Shown here: piece after piece, positions 33,127 through 43,115 of the stretch
How positions within the stretch are numbered: position 1 is the stretch's first letter
Layout of the letters: every line of letters begins with the position of its first letter
Source: Tubiluchus corallicola
Lineage: Eukaryota; Animalia; Priapulida
Length of the DNA: 64,000 bases
Direction: 5' to 3'
Assembly (NCBI GenBank): GCA_030141605.1
Contig: JAQGDQ010002389.1
Coordinates: forward strand, 148,951-212,950
Translations under genes and position numbers: made by a program
The notes under the pieces: generated by a model
The model's database searches: none
Seen by the model: only the letters and a program-made list of their open reading frames with translations
Told to the model about the DNA's origin: nothing

Positions 33127-33921
33127 ATGATAAAACTCCCTTTGCTTATTGAACATACTGACTTACCTCATTATCAAAAATACCCCCATGTCAAAATAGT
33201 AGAAATTGGTGATGACAAAAGCGCTCACACAAATATTCTTCCCGAAAGCGGCTTTATTGATATAGACGAACTCTCTGATAAAGACTCGCCCTACCCTTAT
33301 ATGGCTCCGACTCCAAAAACTTTTTTCCTTGCTCTTGAAAACCATGGCATCAGCCCTCATGCCCATATAATCGCTTTTGATAGAAAAACAGGTTATATAG
33401 CCACCCGCTTTTTCTGGTTATGCCATCTCTTTGGGCAAAAAAATATTTCTCTACTCAACGGTAATATAAACAGCCAGAAAAATAACCACTCCTCTTGTTC
33501 AGAAGACTTTAAAGAGTTTTTAAAAGTCAACAATCCTCCCCTCTCTTATAATCCTCTTATTATAAGTGATTTTGAAACCGTTAAAAAAGCAAGCGAAAAT
33601 AATAAAAAACAAATTATTGACACCAGAAGCACACTCATTTTCCAAAAAAGCAAGTTACAAAACACACACGTTCCCAGAAGCATTAACTTACCTGCGAATA
33701 AACTTATAGAAAAAAGAACGCATCGATTATTGCCAGATGAGCAGTTACATTCAATTATACAAAATGCCGGCATTATAAAAACAAAACCTATTATCACAAC
33801 ATGCCATTACGGCTTTAGTGCAGCTCTTCTATGGTTTGTTCTCTATAAATTAGATTACCAAAATATTGCTCTTTATGACGGTTCGTGGAGTGAGTGGAAT
33901 CAAAGAATCAATCCACTTTAA
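33127..33921 (+). CDS. Two-domain sulfurtransferase (SseA/rhodanese family), divergent
   Basis: LYDGSWSEW signature, active-site ITTCHYGFSA. Confidence 0.85.
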   Translation: MIKLPLLIEHTDLPHYQKYPHVKIVEIGDDKSAHTNILPESGFIDIDELSDKDSPYPYMAPTPKTFFLALENHGISPHAHIIAFDRKTGYIATRFFWLCHLFGQKNISLLNGNINSQKNNHSSCSEDFKEFLKVNNPPLSYNPLIISDFETVKKASENNKKQIIDTRSTLIFQKSKLQNTHVPRSINLPANKLIEKRTHRLLPDEQLHSIIQNAGIIKTKPIITTCHYGFSAALLWFVLYKLDYQNIALYDGSWSEWNQRINPL

Positions 33922-34113
33922 TAATTATACACTCAACTTGGCAAAGCCTATCTTACTTTCCAATATCGCACTTCACCTTAAAAAACTTAATTACTACCCT
34001 TATTTACAAAATATTCTCTCTTGAAAGCTCAAAGGATACAGTTGCAAATAAACTGGAAATCCTTTAACCTATATCCTTAAATCTAATGAATAGATTCATT
34101 ATGTTAGATTCTT

Positions 34114-35331
34114 TTGACAATTGATCTTGCCAGGACAGTATCAATGAAAAATTTGACTCTTTTTTCACTATACTCTTTATTACTATGCTCTTTTCTCTTT
34201 TTTCCCCTGATAAACAGTATAAATGCTCATGCAGCAAACTCTCTTGAGCTCACCGAGGATTTATTCTCTCTTCCTCCCTGCCCTTATCTTACAACAATCA
34301 CCTCTGCAAAAATATACTCAAAGCCTACCCGTACAGCACCTCAAATAATGCTCCTTAAAGAAAAAACATCCGTTCAAAAAAATACATTACTTCTGAATCA
34401 AAATAGAGAACCCTGGTGGCTCGTAACAGTAAATGGGCGAAGCGGCTATGTCTATGCGCCTTTACTCCTCTGTTCTCCCAATAAATCCCATGTTAACGAA
34501 ATACCAAACTTAACACTCCTAGAAGCTGAAGCATATTATCAAATCAGCCAGTATCTCAAAAATCAAAAGACGCAAAATAACAATCCGAATATTGTTGCTT
34601 ACTGGTTAAATCAGGCGATTAGACAAGGTTCACAAACTGCCCTATATCTACAGGATGTAATGGCTCAAAAAACATTAGATTCCCAAGCAATCATACAAAT
34701 TCTTATGTATCTGGGAAATCGTTATAATAAAGCTGATGCCTTCTATATGCTCGGCCAAGCCTATACAAGCGGGATCCATGTCAGCAAAGACCCTTCCAGA
34801 GCTTCTTTTTATTTTCGTCGTGCCGCACTCATGGGTAATTTAAAAGCACAAAACTACCTCATTTCCCATATTCAAAATCCGGCCAGCCCTAAAAGTATAG
34901 AAAATACACTCCTTGATATTGAGTGGCTCTACAAAAAAGCACAGCAGGATGACGCTCAAGCACAATTACAGCTGGCTAAAATCCTATTAAATGAGCAACT
35001 CTCCATAGCAAACTCAAAAGACGCTATAGCATGGATGAAAAAAGCTGCCAACAATAACTATCCAGATGCGCAATATGAGCTCGGAATCCTATATTTTCAT
35101 GGGCATGCAGAAATAGAGCAAAACTATCAAAGCGCATTTCAATGGTTTGAAAAAGCCGCTACCAGCGGGCACCCAAAAGCACAATATCTATCTGCTATCT
35201 CATATCTATCCGGAATCGGAACATCCAAAGATTTCCAACATGGTTTGAAATGGCTTGTTCAAGCAGCTAAGCAAGGAAATAGCGAAGCAATAGAAGAGCT
35301 TCGTAAAATCAGGCATAAAACCTATAATTAA
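34114..35331 (+). CDS. Exported protein with SH3b-like N-terminal domain and Sel1-like repeats
   Basis: Signal-like N-terminus, WWLVTVNGRSGYVYA, repeats AFYMLGQAY, AQYELGILYFHG, WFEKAA; start may be 34144. Confidence 0.82.
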   Translation: MTIDLARTVSMKNLTLFSLYSLLLCSFLFFPLINSINAHAANSLELTEDLFSLPPCPYLTTITSAKIYSKPTRTAPQIMLLKEKTSVQKNTLLLNQNREPWWLVTVNGRSGYVYAPLLLCSPNKSHVNEIPNLTLLEAEAYYQISQYLKNQKTQNNNPNIVAYWLNQAIRQGSQTALYLQDVMAQKTLDSQAIIQILMYLGNRYNKADAFYMLGQAYTSGIHVSKDPSRASFYFRRAALMGNLKAQNYLISHIQNPASPKSIENTLLDIEWLYKKAQQDDAQAQLQLAKILLNEQLSIANSKDAIAWMKKAANNNYPDAQYELGILYFHGHAEIEQNYQSAFQWFEKAATSGHPKAQYLSAISYLSGIGTSKDFQHGLKWLVQAAKQGNSEAIEELRKIRHKTYN

Positions 35332-35356
35332 AGCAAAACTCTCTTTAAAATAGATT

Positions 35357-35384
35357 TAAGGCTAGAAAATATATTCTAGCCTTA
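35357..35384. terminator. Hairpin between convergent genes, likely bidirectional terminator
   Basis: TAAGGCTAGAA-AATATA-TTCTAGCCTTA perfect 11-bp stem. Confidence 0.65.
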
Positions 35385-35413
35385 TCTCTCTTTAACCAAA
35401 CAGTAAAACTCTC

Positions 35414-35983
35414 TTAATTTCCTGCTGATTCCGCCGCAATAGACTCATCAGCAGAAGAATTATTACCTTCTTCTTCCTGTTTAGCTTGCGTCGCTTCATC
35501 AACTTTTTTCTGAAATAATTCTACAAAATTCATTGGCTGTAACATAACCGGCAAGAAACCTGCATTGCTTGTAATATCTGCAACAATCTGGCGTAAGAAT
35601 GGAAATAATATACGAGGACATTCAATAAATAAAACTGGTTTGATATGCTTTTCCGGAACCTGTATGGAAAACATACCACCATAACTTAACTCCAAAAGAA
35701 AAACTTGTTTTTCCTCCTGCTTACAAGATAATTCAAAATTAATTGTCACATCATACGTATCCTGCCCCTTGCGTACAACATGAACATCAAAATTCTGCTC
35801 GATCTCAGGCGCTTTATTTTCTTGCTGCAGCTCAAGAAAAATATCCGGGCAGTGCGGAATTTCAAAAGAAAAATCACGAATAAATTGAATATGAGGTACA
35901 ATCGGCGCCTGCTTCTTCATGGAATTGCCGTCTTGCCCCTCGTTTTTTTCTGAAACATCTGCCTTTTTTACATCATCAACCAT
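35414..35983 (-). CDS. secB: Protein export chaperone SecB
   Basis: QFIRDFSFEIP, ELSYGGMF, ECPRILFPFLR. Confidence 0.95.
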   Translation of the reverse strand: MVDDVKKADVSEKNEGQDGNSMKKQAPIVPHIQFIRDFSFEIPHCPDIFLELQQENKAPEIEQNFDVHVVRKGQDTYDVTINFELSCKQEEKQVFLLELSYGGMFSIQVPEKHIKPVLFIECPRILFPFLRQIVADITSNAGFLPVMLQPMNFVELFQKKVDEATQAKQEEEGNNSSADESIAAESAGN

Positions 35984-36219
35984 TACCCTTCTCCTGAACT
36001 GATTTCTATGTTAATTCTTAAGTATCTATTTCTTTTACTAGTATTTTTTGTATAAATATTATACATATTAACTATATAAACAGAATTTAAGCATATACTT
36101 TATAATCTTACAATAAAAATTTAATATGATAACCCTACAATCAATTTACATTAAGACATTTAATAAACCTAAAATTTAAAAATAATCCAGCAACTTTACT
36201 TTAAGTATTTATAACCAAT

Positions 36220-36259
36220 TCATGCCTATAAATCCTAATGAATTATCATGCCTATAAAT
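36220..36259. repeat. 14-bp perfect direct repeat TCATGCCTATAAAT x2
   Basis: Copies at 36220-36233 and 36246-36259 in the secB/tim44 divergent gap. Confidence 0.8.
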
Positions 36260-36417
36260 AAAATTACATTTTAAAATCAATATTATTTGTAAATTATACT
36301 ACAATACCATATTCTGTTAAAATATATAAATATACTTTATTTATGGAAACAAAAACCTTAAATAATAATAAAGAGTTGAAAAATAATTTTGCTCTTAAAC
36401 TATTCACTCTGGTGTAA

Positions 36418-37122
36418 ATGGCGGTAAAAATGTTAAGTTTAGATATCATTCTATTGGCACTTATAACAATATTTCTCATTTTTAAGCTCAGGAGTCTTCT
36501 TGGGCAAAATGATGGATACCAAGGAGAAGACCAAAACCAAGATATGCAGTCTCCTCTTTCTTCTTCTGAAAAATCTCAAAAACCTAAAGTGCCAGCGCAT
36601 AACGACAATTTAGTCAATATTAATTTTCCTTCTGAAAAATCGAATCCTCTTTTCAAACAGTCCCACCCTGAAGGAACTGTCGCTGCCGTTATTCATGAAA
36701 TACAGAAATACGACCCAGCATTTACAATTCGAGACTTTATAAAAGGAGCACGCTCTGCTTTTTATACGATTATTAAAGCTTTCTCTAACAAAGATATAGA
36801 AACACTCAAGCCTCTCCTTACTCCTGATGTTATGAACAGTTTTGAAAGCACAATTAAAAAACAACAGCAACAACAGCAAAAGTCTATCGACGAAATTCAA
36901 GAATTTAAACTTGTCGACGTTACAAAAGCATCAATAAACGGCTCTATCGCCCAACTTGAAATACAGTTTGTAACAACACAAATCTCAGCACTCGTTGATA
37001 AAGATAATAATATTATCGAAGGCTCGCTTGATAAAGCTGTAGAAGTTCGAGACCACTGGGTATTCGAACGAGATGTCGCTTCCTCAAATCCAAATTGGAT
37101 TCTCGTTGCAACTGACGTATAA
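36418..37122 (+). CDS. Tim44/TimA family protein
   Basis: FKLRSLLG, FIKGARSAF, WVFER...NPNWILVAT; precedes mltA. Confidence 0.92.
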   Translation: MAVKMLSLDIILLALITIFLIFKLRSLLGQNDGYQGEDQNQDMQSPLSSSEKSQKPKVPAHNDNLVNINFPSEKSNPLFKQSHPEGTVAAVIHEIQKYDPAFTIRDFIKGARSAFYTIIKAFSNKDIETLKPLLTPDVMNSFESTIKKQQQQQQKSIDEIQEFKLVDVTKASINGSIAQLEIQFVTTQISALVDKDNNIIEGSLDKAVEVRDHWVFERDVASSNPNWILVATDV

Positions 37123-37128
37123 AAATAC

Positions 37129-38274
37129 ATGCATAAATATCTTATATATTTTTTTCTTCTCTTTCTTGCTGCTTGCGATTCCCCTCCCTCTCCCTTGCAG
37201 TACGAAAAGGTGACTTTAAAACCCATCTCTTTTAAAGAACTTCCAGGGTGGAAATATGATAAAACATCCCATACCCTCCCTGCCCTAAAAGAGTCCTGCA
37301 AATCATTTATGAAACAACCGCAGGAAAACAAACTCCACTCTTCAGGGCTCGGGGGACGCTATAAAGACTGGCATATGAGCTGTAAAATTTTTCTGGTCGA
37401 AGACTCGATAAGCGAACAAAAATTCAGAAAAATTCTTCAAAAACATTTCCAACCTTGGATCGTCGTTGATAACGACCAGCCAACAGGTCTGTTTACTGGC
37501 TATTATCTTCCTCTTCTCTATGGTCATACTCAACCGCAAAAAAATTATTCGCAGCCCGTTTATAAACGTCCACCAGAGCTCATTACAAAAGCCATAAAAG
37601 GAAAGAATCGCTTTGGGCACATGCATAATGGGACATTCCAGCCCTACTACAGCCGGCAACAAATTGATCAAGGTATTTTAAATAATAAAAATTTAGAGCT
37701 TCTATGGGTCCATGATCCAATTGACTTTTTCTTTTTACAAATCCAAGGATCAGGGCGAGTCAAAATGAAAGATGGATCAGAATTTATTATCGGCTATGAC
37801 GGGCAAAATGGGCATTCTTATTTTCCAATCGGTCGATATCTTATTGAACAAAACGAAATCCCTAGAGAAAAAATATCCCTGCAATCCATAAAAATATGGC
37901 TACGTAACAATCCAGAGCAAGCCAAACAAATTATGTGGAAAAATCCCTCATGGGTATTTTTTCGTATTCTAAAAGATATAAAAAACCCTAAAGGAGCTCA
38001 GGGTGTAGAATTAACTTCCGGTCGGAGTCTCGCTGTTGACAGAGCGTATTTTCCCCTGGGAATACCCATGTGGCTATCAACTTCATATCCAGGCCCCCTC
38101 CAATTTCCTCTACAGCGCCTCACCGTCGCTCAAGATACAGGAGGAGCAATTAAAGGCGTTATTCGTGGAGATCTATTCACAGGATATGGAAATAAAGCAC
38201 AATATATTGCCGGAAATATGAAGCAAAGCGGGCAATATTACCTCCTTCTTCCCAAAACATTAAACCTTCTATAA
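37129..38274 (+). CDS. mltA: Membrane-bound lytic murein transglycosylase A
   Basis: LAAC lipobox, FTGYY, LQIQGSG, SLAVD, AQDTGGAIKG..RGD. Confidence 0.95.
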   Translation: MHKYLIYFFLLFLAACDSPPSPLQYEKVTLKPISFKELPGWKYDKTSHTLPALKESCKSFMKQPQENKLHSSGLGGRYKDWHMSCKIFLVEDSISEQKFRKILQKHFQPWIVVDNDQPTGLFTGYYLPLLYGHTQPQKNYSQPVYKRPPELITKAIKGKNRFGHMHNGTFQPYYSRQQIDQGILNNKNLELLWVHDPIDFFFLQIQGSGRVKMKDGSEFIIGYDGQNGHSYFPIGRYLIEQNEIPREKISLQSIKIWLRNNPEQAKQIMWKNPSWVFFRILKDIKNPKGAQGVELTSGRSLAVDRAYFPLGIPMWLSTSYPGPLQFPLQRLTVAQDTGGAIKGVIRGDLFTGYGNKAQYIAGNMKQSGQYYLLLPKTLNLL

Positions 38275-38295
38275 ATAAATTGTTGCAAAATCCTT

Positions 38296-38996
38296 ATGAA
38301 AAAACAAAAAAACACACAGCGTTCAAGCCATGAAACATCTCACCAAAATCAGGAAAAACATACAAAAAAATTTTCCCTTTCTTCAGACGATCTTTCTCTG
38401 TGGTCAAAAGTGCAAACGACAACAACACCCCTTAAAAAAAAACATATCCCTCCTTGCAACATGACAACATAACACAAACAGAAAATTCTCCACCTGCAAG
38501 TGATACGCCTTCTTTCTCAGAAAAAAATATGGATTCTCTTTATACACAGTTTGACTATACATATACCTATAAGTCTCAATCCCCTAACAAATCTCTTTCT
38601 CAAAAAAATAACACACAGGCGCACAACACAACAACCTCTTCTTCCTTCTTAGAATTAACTCACGGAAGCATGGCTGATATCGATAAGCGAAGCATGCAGC
38701 GCCTACGAAAAGGAAAAATCACTATTGATGGAAAACTTGATCTTCATGGCATGTCACAACAAGAAGCTTGGCGTAAATTTTTCCGCTTTATAGTCCATTC
38801 CTCTCAAGCAGGAAAACGACATGTTATGGTTATTACAGGAAAAGGGCGCAATCAAACCGGAATACTGAAACAAAAAGTTCCACAATGGATCAATACTCCC
38901 TCCATTCGCCCCTATGTTATCGCTTTTCACTACGCTACAGCCCAGCATGGCGGTGAAGGCGCTCTTTATATTAAGTTACGAAAACTGCCCCATTAA
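38296..38996 (+). CDS. Smr/MutS2 domain protein, reading frame split at an A9 tract (38434-38442)
   Basis: Frame from ATG 38296 encodes the family-like N-terminus [19 protein letters not shown]; the -1 frame encodes [20 protein letters not shown]. Confidence 0.85.
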
Positions 38997-39103
38997 GCAC
39001 TAAAAATGTCCTCAAGCCGCTCGGAATAGCTTGCAGCTTCTTATTTTCCCTTGTATTCTTACAAGGATCATACTGTGCCAATAAGCTACTGCAGGAGAAA
39101 AAA

Positions 39104-40720
39104 ATGAGCTCTTATAAATATCATCCCATGTTCCCATTAAAAAAGCCTTCATTATCATGGAGACTTCTTACTCGCGAAGGCATAAAAACCCTTTCTATCG
39201 ATGGAAAAAACTATCTGAAAATTGACCGTTCCGTATTGACGACACTGGCAGAGATAGCATTTCATGATATTTCTCACTATATGAGATCTTCTCATTTAGA
39301 GCAATTGCGAACAATTTTAGAAGATCCTCAAGCTTCCACAAATGACCGATTCGTCGCAAGAGAACTCCTTATCAATGCCGATATTGCCTCAGAAGGCATT
39401 CTCCCTATGTGCCAAGATACAGGAACTGCCATCATTATGGGAAAAAAAGGACAGTATGTTCTTACTGATTTTAACGAAGAAGATGCTCTTTCCGAAGGTG
39501 CTTTCAAAACATGGCAAAATAATAATTTACGCTACAGCCAAACAGCCGCCCTTGATATGTTCAAAGAAACAAACACAGGCAATAACCTACCCGCACAAAT
39601 TGACCTCTTGGCAACAAGTGGCGATCACTATGAATTCCTCTTTATGGCAAAAGGAGGAGGATCCGCTAATAAAACATACCTTTATCAAGAAACTAAAGCA
39701 CTCCTTAACCCCGAAACATTAAAAAATTTCCTGTCAGAAAAATTACGCCTTATTGGAACTTCTGCATGCCCACCTTACCATCTGGCAATCGTTATCGGAG
39801 GAACTTCCGCTGAAACAACCTTAAAAACCGTTAAACTCGCTTCAGCTCGCTATCTTGATACACTTCCCTCTGAAGGAAACGCCTATGGGCAAGCGTTCCG
39901 TGATAAAAATATGGAAGAAATCATCCTGAAAATGTGCCAAGATTTCGGCATAGGCGCGCAATTAGGCGGTAAATATTTCTGCCACGATGTTCGCGTTATA
40001 AGACTTCCACGTCATGGCGCCTCCTGCCCTGTCGGAATCGGTGTATCCTGCTCCGCAGATCGGCAGGTGCTGGCTAAAATAACATCCGAAGGCGCCTTTA
40101 TAGAACAGTTGGAAACAGAGCCTCAAAAATATCTCCCAACAATACAAACAGAAGAGAAAAAACCCATTCCTGTTAACCTTAATCAGCCGATGAAAACTAT
40201 TCTCTCCACACTTTCTTCCTACCCTGTCAAAACCCTTCTTTCCCTTACAGGAACCCTTATTGTCGCCCGTGATATCGCTCATGCTAAATTAAAAGAATGT
40301 TTAGACCAAGGCGAAAAACTTCCCGACTATTTCTGCAACCACCCCATTTATTATGCCGGTCCAGCAAAAACACCCGATGGCTATCCTTCCGGCTCCTTCG
40401 GGCCAACAACCGCTGGTCGTATGGATTCTTATGTGGATCTCTTTCAAGCACACGGTGGAAGTATGATTATGCTCGCAAAAGGAAATCGCTCCGATCAAGT
40501 TACAAAAGCATGCCATAAATATGGCGGTTTTTATCTTGCCTCTATTGGAGGACCCGCCGCACGCCTTGCTCGTGACTGCATTAAAAAGATTGAATGTATC
40601 GCCTACCATGAACTTGGAATGGAAGCCATCTGGAAAATCGAAGTTGAAAATTTTCCAGCTATGATCATTGTAGATGATAAAGGGCATGATTTCTTTAAAG
40701 AAATTTTAAAACCATCATAA
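39104..40720 (+). CDS. Class I (Fe-S) fumarate hydratase
   Basis: [37 protein letters not shown]. Confidence 0.95.
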   Translation: MSSYKYHPMFPLKKPSLSWRLLTREGIKTLSIDGKNYLKIDRSVLTTLAEIAFHDISHYMRSSHLEQLRTILEDPQASTNDRFVARELLINADIASEGILPMCQDTGTAIIMGKKGQYVLTDFNEEDALSEGAFKTWQNNNLRYSQTAALDMFKETNTGNNLPAQIDLLATSGDHYEFLFMAKGGGSANKTYLYQETKALLNPETLKNFLSEKLRLIGTSACPPYHLAIVIGGTSAETTLKTVKLASARYLDTLPSEGNAYGQAFRDKNMEEIILKMCQDFGIGAQLGGKYFCHDVRVIRLPRHGASCPVGIGVSCSADRQVLAKITSEGAFIEQLETEPQKYLPTIQTEEKKPIPVNLNQPMKTILSTLSSYPVKTLLSLTGTLIVARDIAHAKLKECLDQGEKLPDYFCNHPIYYAGPAKTPDGYPSGSFGPTTAGRMDSYVDLFQAHGGSMIMLAKGNRSDQVTKACHKYGGFYLASIGGPAARLARDCIKKIECIAYHELGMEAIWKIEVENFPAMIIVDDKGHDFFKEILKPS

Positions 40721-40739
40721 AAAATAGGAAATTTATAAA

Positions 40740-41753
40740 ATGCCATCTCTAAAAAAATATAATCGTGTCCTCGTAACAGGAGGGCAAGGATATATTGGAT
40801 CACATGCTGTATTGGAGCTTATGCAACAGGGCTGGGATGTTATTTCTGTCGACAATTTGATAACAGGAAATAAAAACTTCAAACCTAAAGGCGCTATATT
40901 TCATAACGCCGATATTGGCGATACATCCTTTATGGATACACTCTTAGCCACACACCCTGTTGACGCTATTATGCATTTTGCAGGATCAATTGTCGTACCT
41001 GAATCTGTTGTCGATCCCATAAAATACTACAAAAATAATACACTAAATTCCCTTAACCTCACTCAGTTAGCTGTATATCATAAAGTGCCTGTCTTTATTT
41101 TTTCATCAACCGCTGCCGTTTATGGAGAACCTCCCGTCAACACTATTCTTGAAACAACAGCAACAAATCCCATCACGCCCTATGGTTCTTCAAAACTTAT
41201 GACTGAAAAAATTTTAGAAGATGTCGCTTGTGTTAATGATATACGCTACGGAATTCTCCGCTACTTCAATGTTGCAGGTGCCGATCCTCAAAAACGTTCC
41301 GGGCAAGCTAACCCAGAATCAACACACCTAGTTAAAAGACTCTGCCAAACCGCTTTAGGAATCTATAACTCTATCGAGATATACGGAACCGACTACGATA
41401 CACCAGATGGAACATGTATACGAGATTATATCCATGTAAAAGATCTTATCCAAGCACACACTATGCTCTTAACCTATTTACTCGATGGAAATTCCAGTGG
41501 AATCTTTAATTGTGGCTATGGAACAGGGACGTCTGTTAAAAAAGCGGTCGACCTATTTCAATCTGTTAATGATATCGATATTAATGTTACAATAAAAGAG
41601 CGGCGTCAGGGCGACCCCTCTATACTGATCGCGAATTCTGATCATCTACAGAAAACACTCGGATGGAAAGGAAAAGCCAGCCTTGATGATATCTTAAAAA
41701 GTGCTTTTTTGTGGGAGAAGGAATTGCAAAAGAGTAAGATTAATTCACCCTGA
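40740..41753 (+). CDS. galE: UDP-glucose 4-epimerase
   Basis: TGGQGYIGSH, FSSTAAVYG, PYGSSK, LRYFN, DGTCIRDYIHV. Confidence 0.95.
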   Translation: MPSLKKYNRVLVTGGQGYIGSHAVLELMQQGWDVISVDNLITGNKNFKPKGAIFHNADIGDTSFMDTLLATHPVDAIMHFAGSIVVPESVVDPIKYYKNNTLNSLNLTQLAVYHKVPVFIFSSTAAVYGEPPVNTILETTATNPITPYGSSKLMTEKILEDVACVNDIRYGILRYFNVAGADPQKRSGQANPESTHLVKRLCQTALGIYNSIEIYGTDYDTPDGTCIRDYIHVKDLIQAHTMLLTYLLDGNSSGIFNCGYGTGTSVKKAVDLFQSVNDIDINVTIKERRQGDPSILIANSDHLQKTLGWKGKASLDDILKSAFLWEKELQKSKINSP

Positions 41754-41842
41754 AACAATCTCCTCTATTGCAATGAAAATATAAATTCGTTATATTCTAA
41801 ATAATCGAAAAATAAAATGCTAAATTAAACGGGAGCGTTGCT

Positions 41843-42991
41843 ATGGCAGAAGTGGTTTTAGAAAATATTTATAAGAGTTTTGGTAATGTAAAAGTTATTC
41901 ATGGTGTCGATTTAAAAATTGACCATGGTGACTTTGTCGTGTTCGTTGGCCCATCTGGATGCGGAAAATCGACATTACTAAGACTCGTTGCAGGCCTAGA
42001 AGATATTACAGAAGGTAATCTTTACATCGATAAGGCTTTATGTAATGAAAAACCTCCTCGAGATCGAGGGATCGCTATGGTTTTTCAATCCTATGCCCTC
42101 TATCCTCATATGACAGTCTTTGATAATATGGCTTTTAGTATGAAGCTAGAAAAACGCCCAAAAGAAGAAATTCGTGAAAAAGTAGGGCAAGTTGCTCAGA
42201 TCCTGCAGATGGAACATTTACTTGATCGTAAACCTGCTGCTCTTTCTGGCGGGCAACGTCAGCGCGTTGCTATAGGACGAGCTATTGTTCGTAACCCAAA
42301 AGTCTTTCTTTTTGATGAGCCTCTTTCAAATCTGGATGCTTCCTTGCGGGGCGCTATGCGTATTGAGATTGCTAAACTTCATCACGAACTCGATACAACA
42401 ATGATCTATGTGACGCATGATCAGGTCGAAGCTATGACATTGGCCGATAAGATTGTTGTGCTGCAAGATGGCATTGTCGAACAATATGGAACCCCCATGG
42501 AGCTCTACCATTGCCCACAAAATATGTTTGTCGCCAGCTTTATCGGGAGTCCGAAAATGAATTTCATTAAAACAACGATTCATGAAATTACAAAAGAAGG
42601 AGTCTCTGTTAACCTTCCTGGAAGCAATCCCGTATTAATCCCTGTTGAGCCTCACAATCATATTTCCGCAGGCGCACCTGTAACCCTAGGAATTCGCCCC
42701 GAACATCTTAATGAAACAAATGAGGGAAATGCCTCAATTGCAACATCCGTTTCCGTAGTTGAACGCCTAGGTAATGAAACAATTATCTATGCAACAACAG
42801 AAGATAACCAACCTGTCTCTATTTTAACAGAAGGAACATCAACAACCGCTATGGGAACAACCATTCAGGCCGGATTTGACTCTGAAAATTGCCACCTGTT
42901 CGACGAGAAAGAACAAGCTTTCAAGCGAAAAATCGTTCCTGATATCGTTAATTTCGGAAAAGACAAATTTGTTGATAGAGCAACTGCATAG
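41843..42991 (+). CDS. Carbohydrate ABC transporter ATPase (MalK/MsmX/UgpC family), no adjacent permeases
   Basis: [41 protein letters not shown]. Confidence 0.94.
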   Translation: MAEVVLENIYKSFGNVKVIHGVDLKIDHGDFVVFVGPSGCGKSTLLRLVAGLEDITEGNLYIDKALCNEKPPRDRGIAMVFQSYALYPHMTVFDNMAFSMKLEKRPKEEIREKVGQVAQILQMEHLLDRKPAALSGGQRQRVAIGRAIVRNPKVFLFDEPLSNLDASLRGAMRIEIAKLHHELDTTMIYVTHDQVEAMTLADKIVVLQDGIVEQYGTPMELYHCPQNMFVASFIGSPKMNFIKTTIHEITKEGVSVNLPGSNPVLIPVEPHNHISAGAPVTLGIRPEHLNETNEGNASIATSVSVVERLGNETIIYATTEDNQPVSILTEGTSTTAMGTTIQAGFDSENCHLFDEKEQAFKRKIVPDIVNFGKDKFVDRATA

Positions 42992-43002
42992 CTTCGAAAA
43001 AA

Positions 43003-43031
43003 CTTGATTTTTTTCAATAATATCCTATAAT
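43003..43031 (+). promoter_or_regulatory. Putative promoter for the BI-1/YccA gene (sigma70 or RpoH-like)
   Basis: TTGATT-N16-TATAAT, also readable as CTTGAT-N15-CCTATA. Confidence 0.4.
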
Positions 43032-43115
43032 CATGTGCTCATAGTCATTAACAGTGGTACTGTTGCCTTTTGGCTCATACCCAAGAAAATTGAAAATCTA
43101 AGGAAATTGTACATT

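Noticed and set aside
35984-36417. Possible replication origin in the AT-rich secB gap
   Set aside because: No DnaA boxes (TTATCCACA) seen and the C>G skew does not flip across it
36860-36880. Poly-Gln (CAA/CAG) tract in Tim44
   Set aside because: Only five codons with mixed usage, in frame; not a contingency locus
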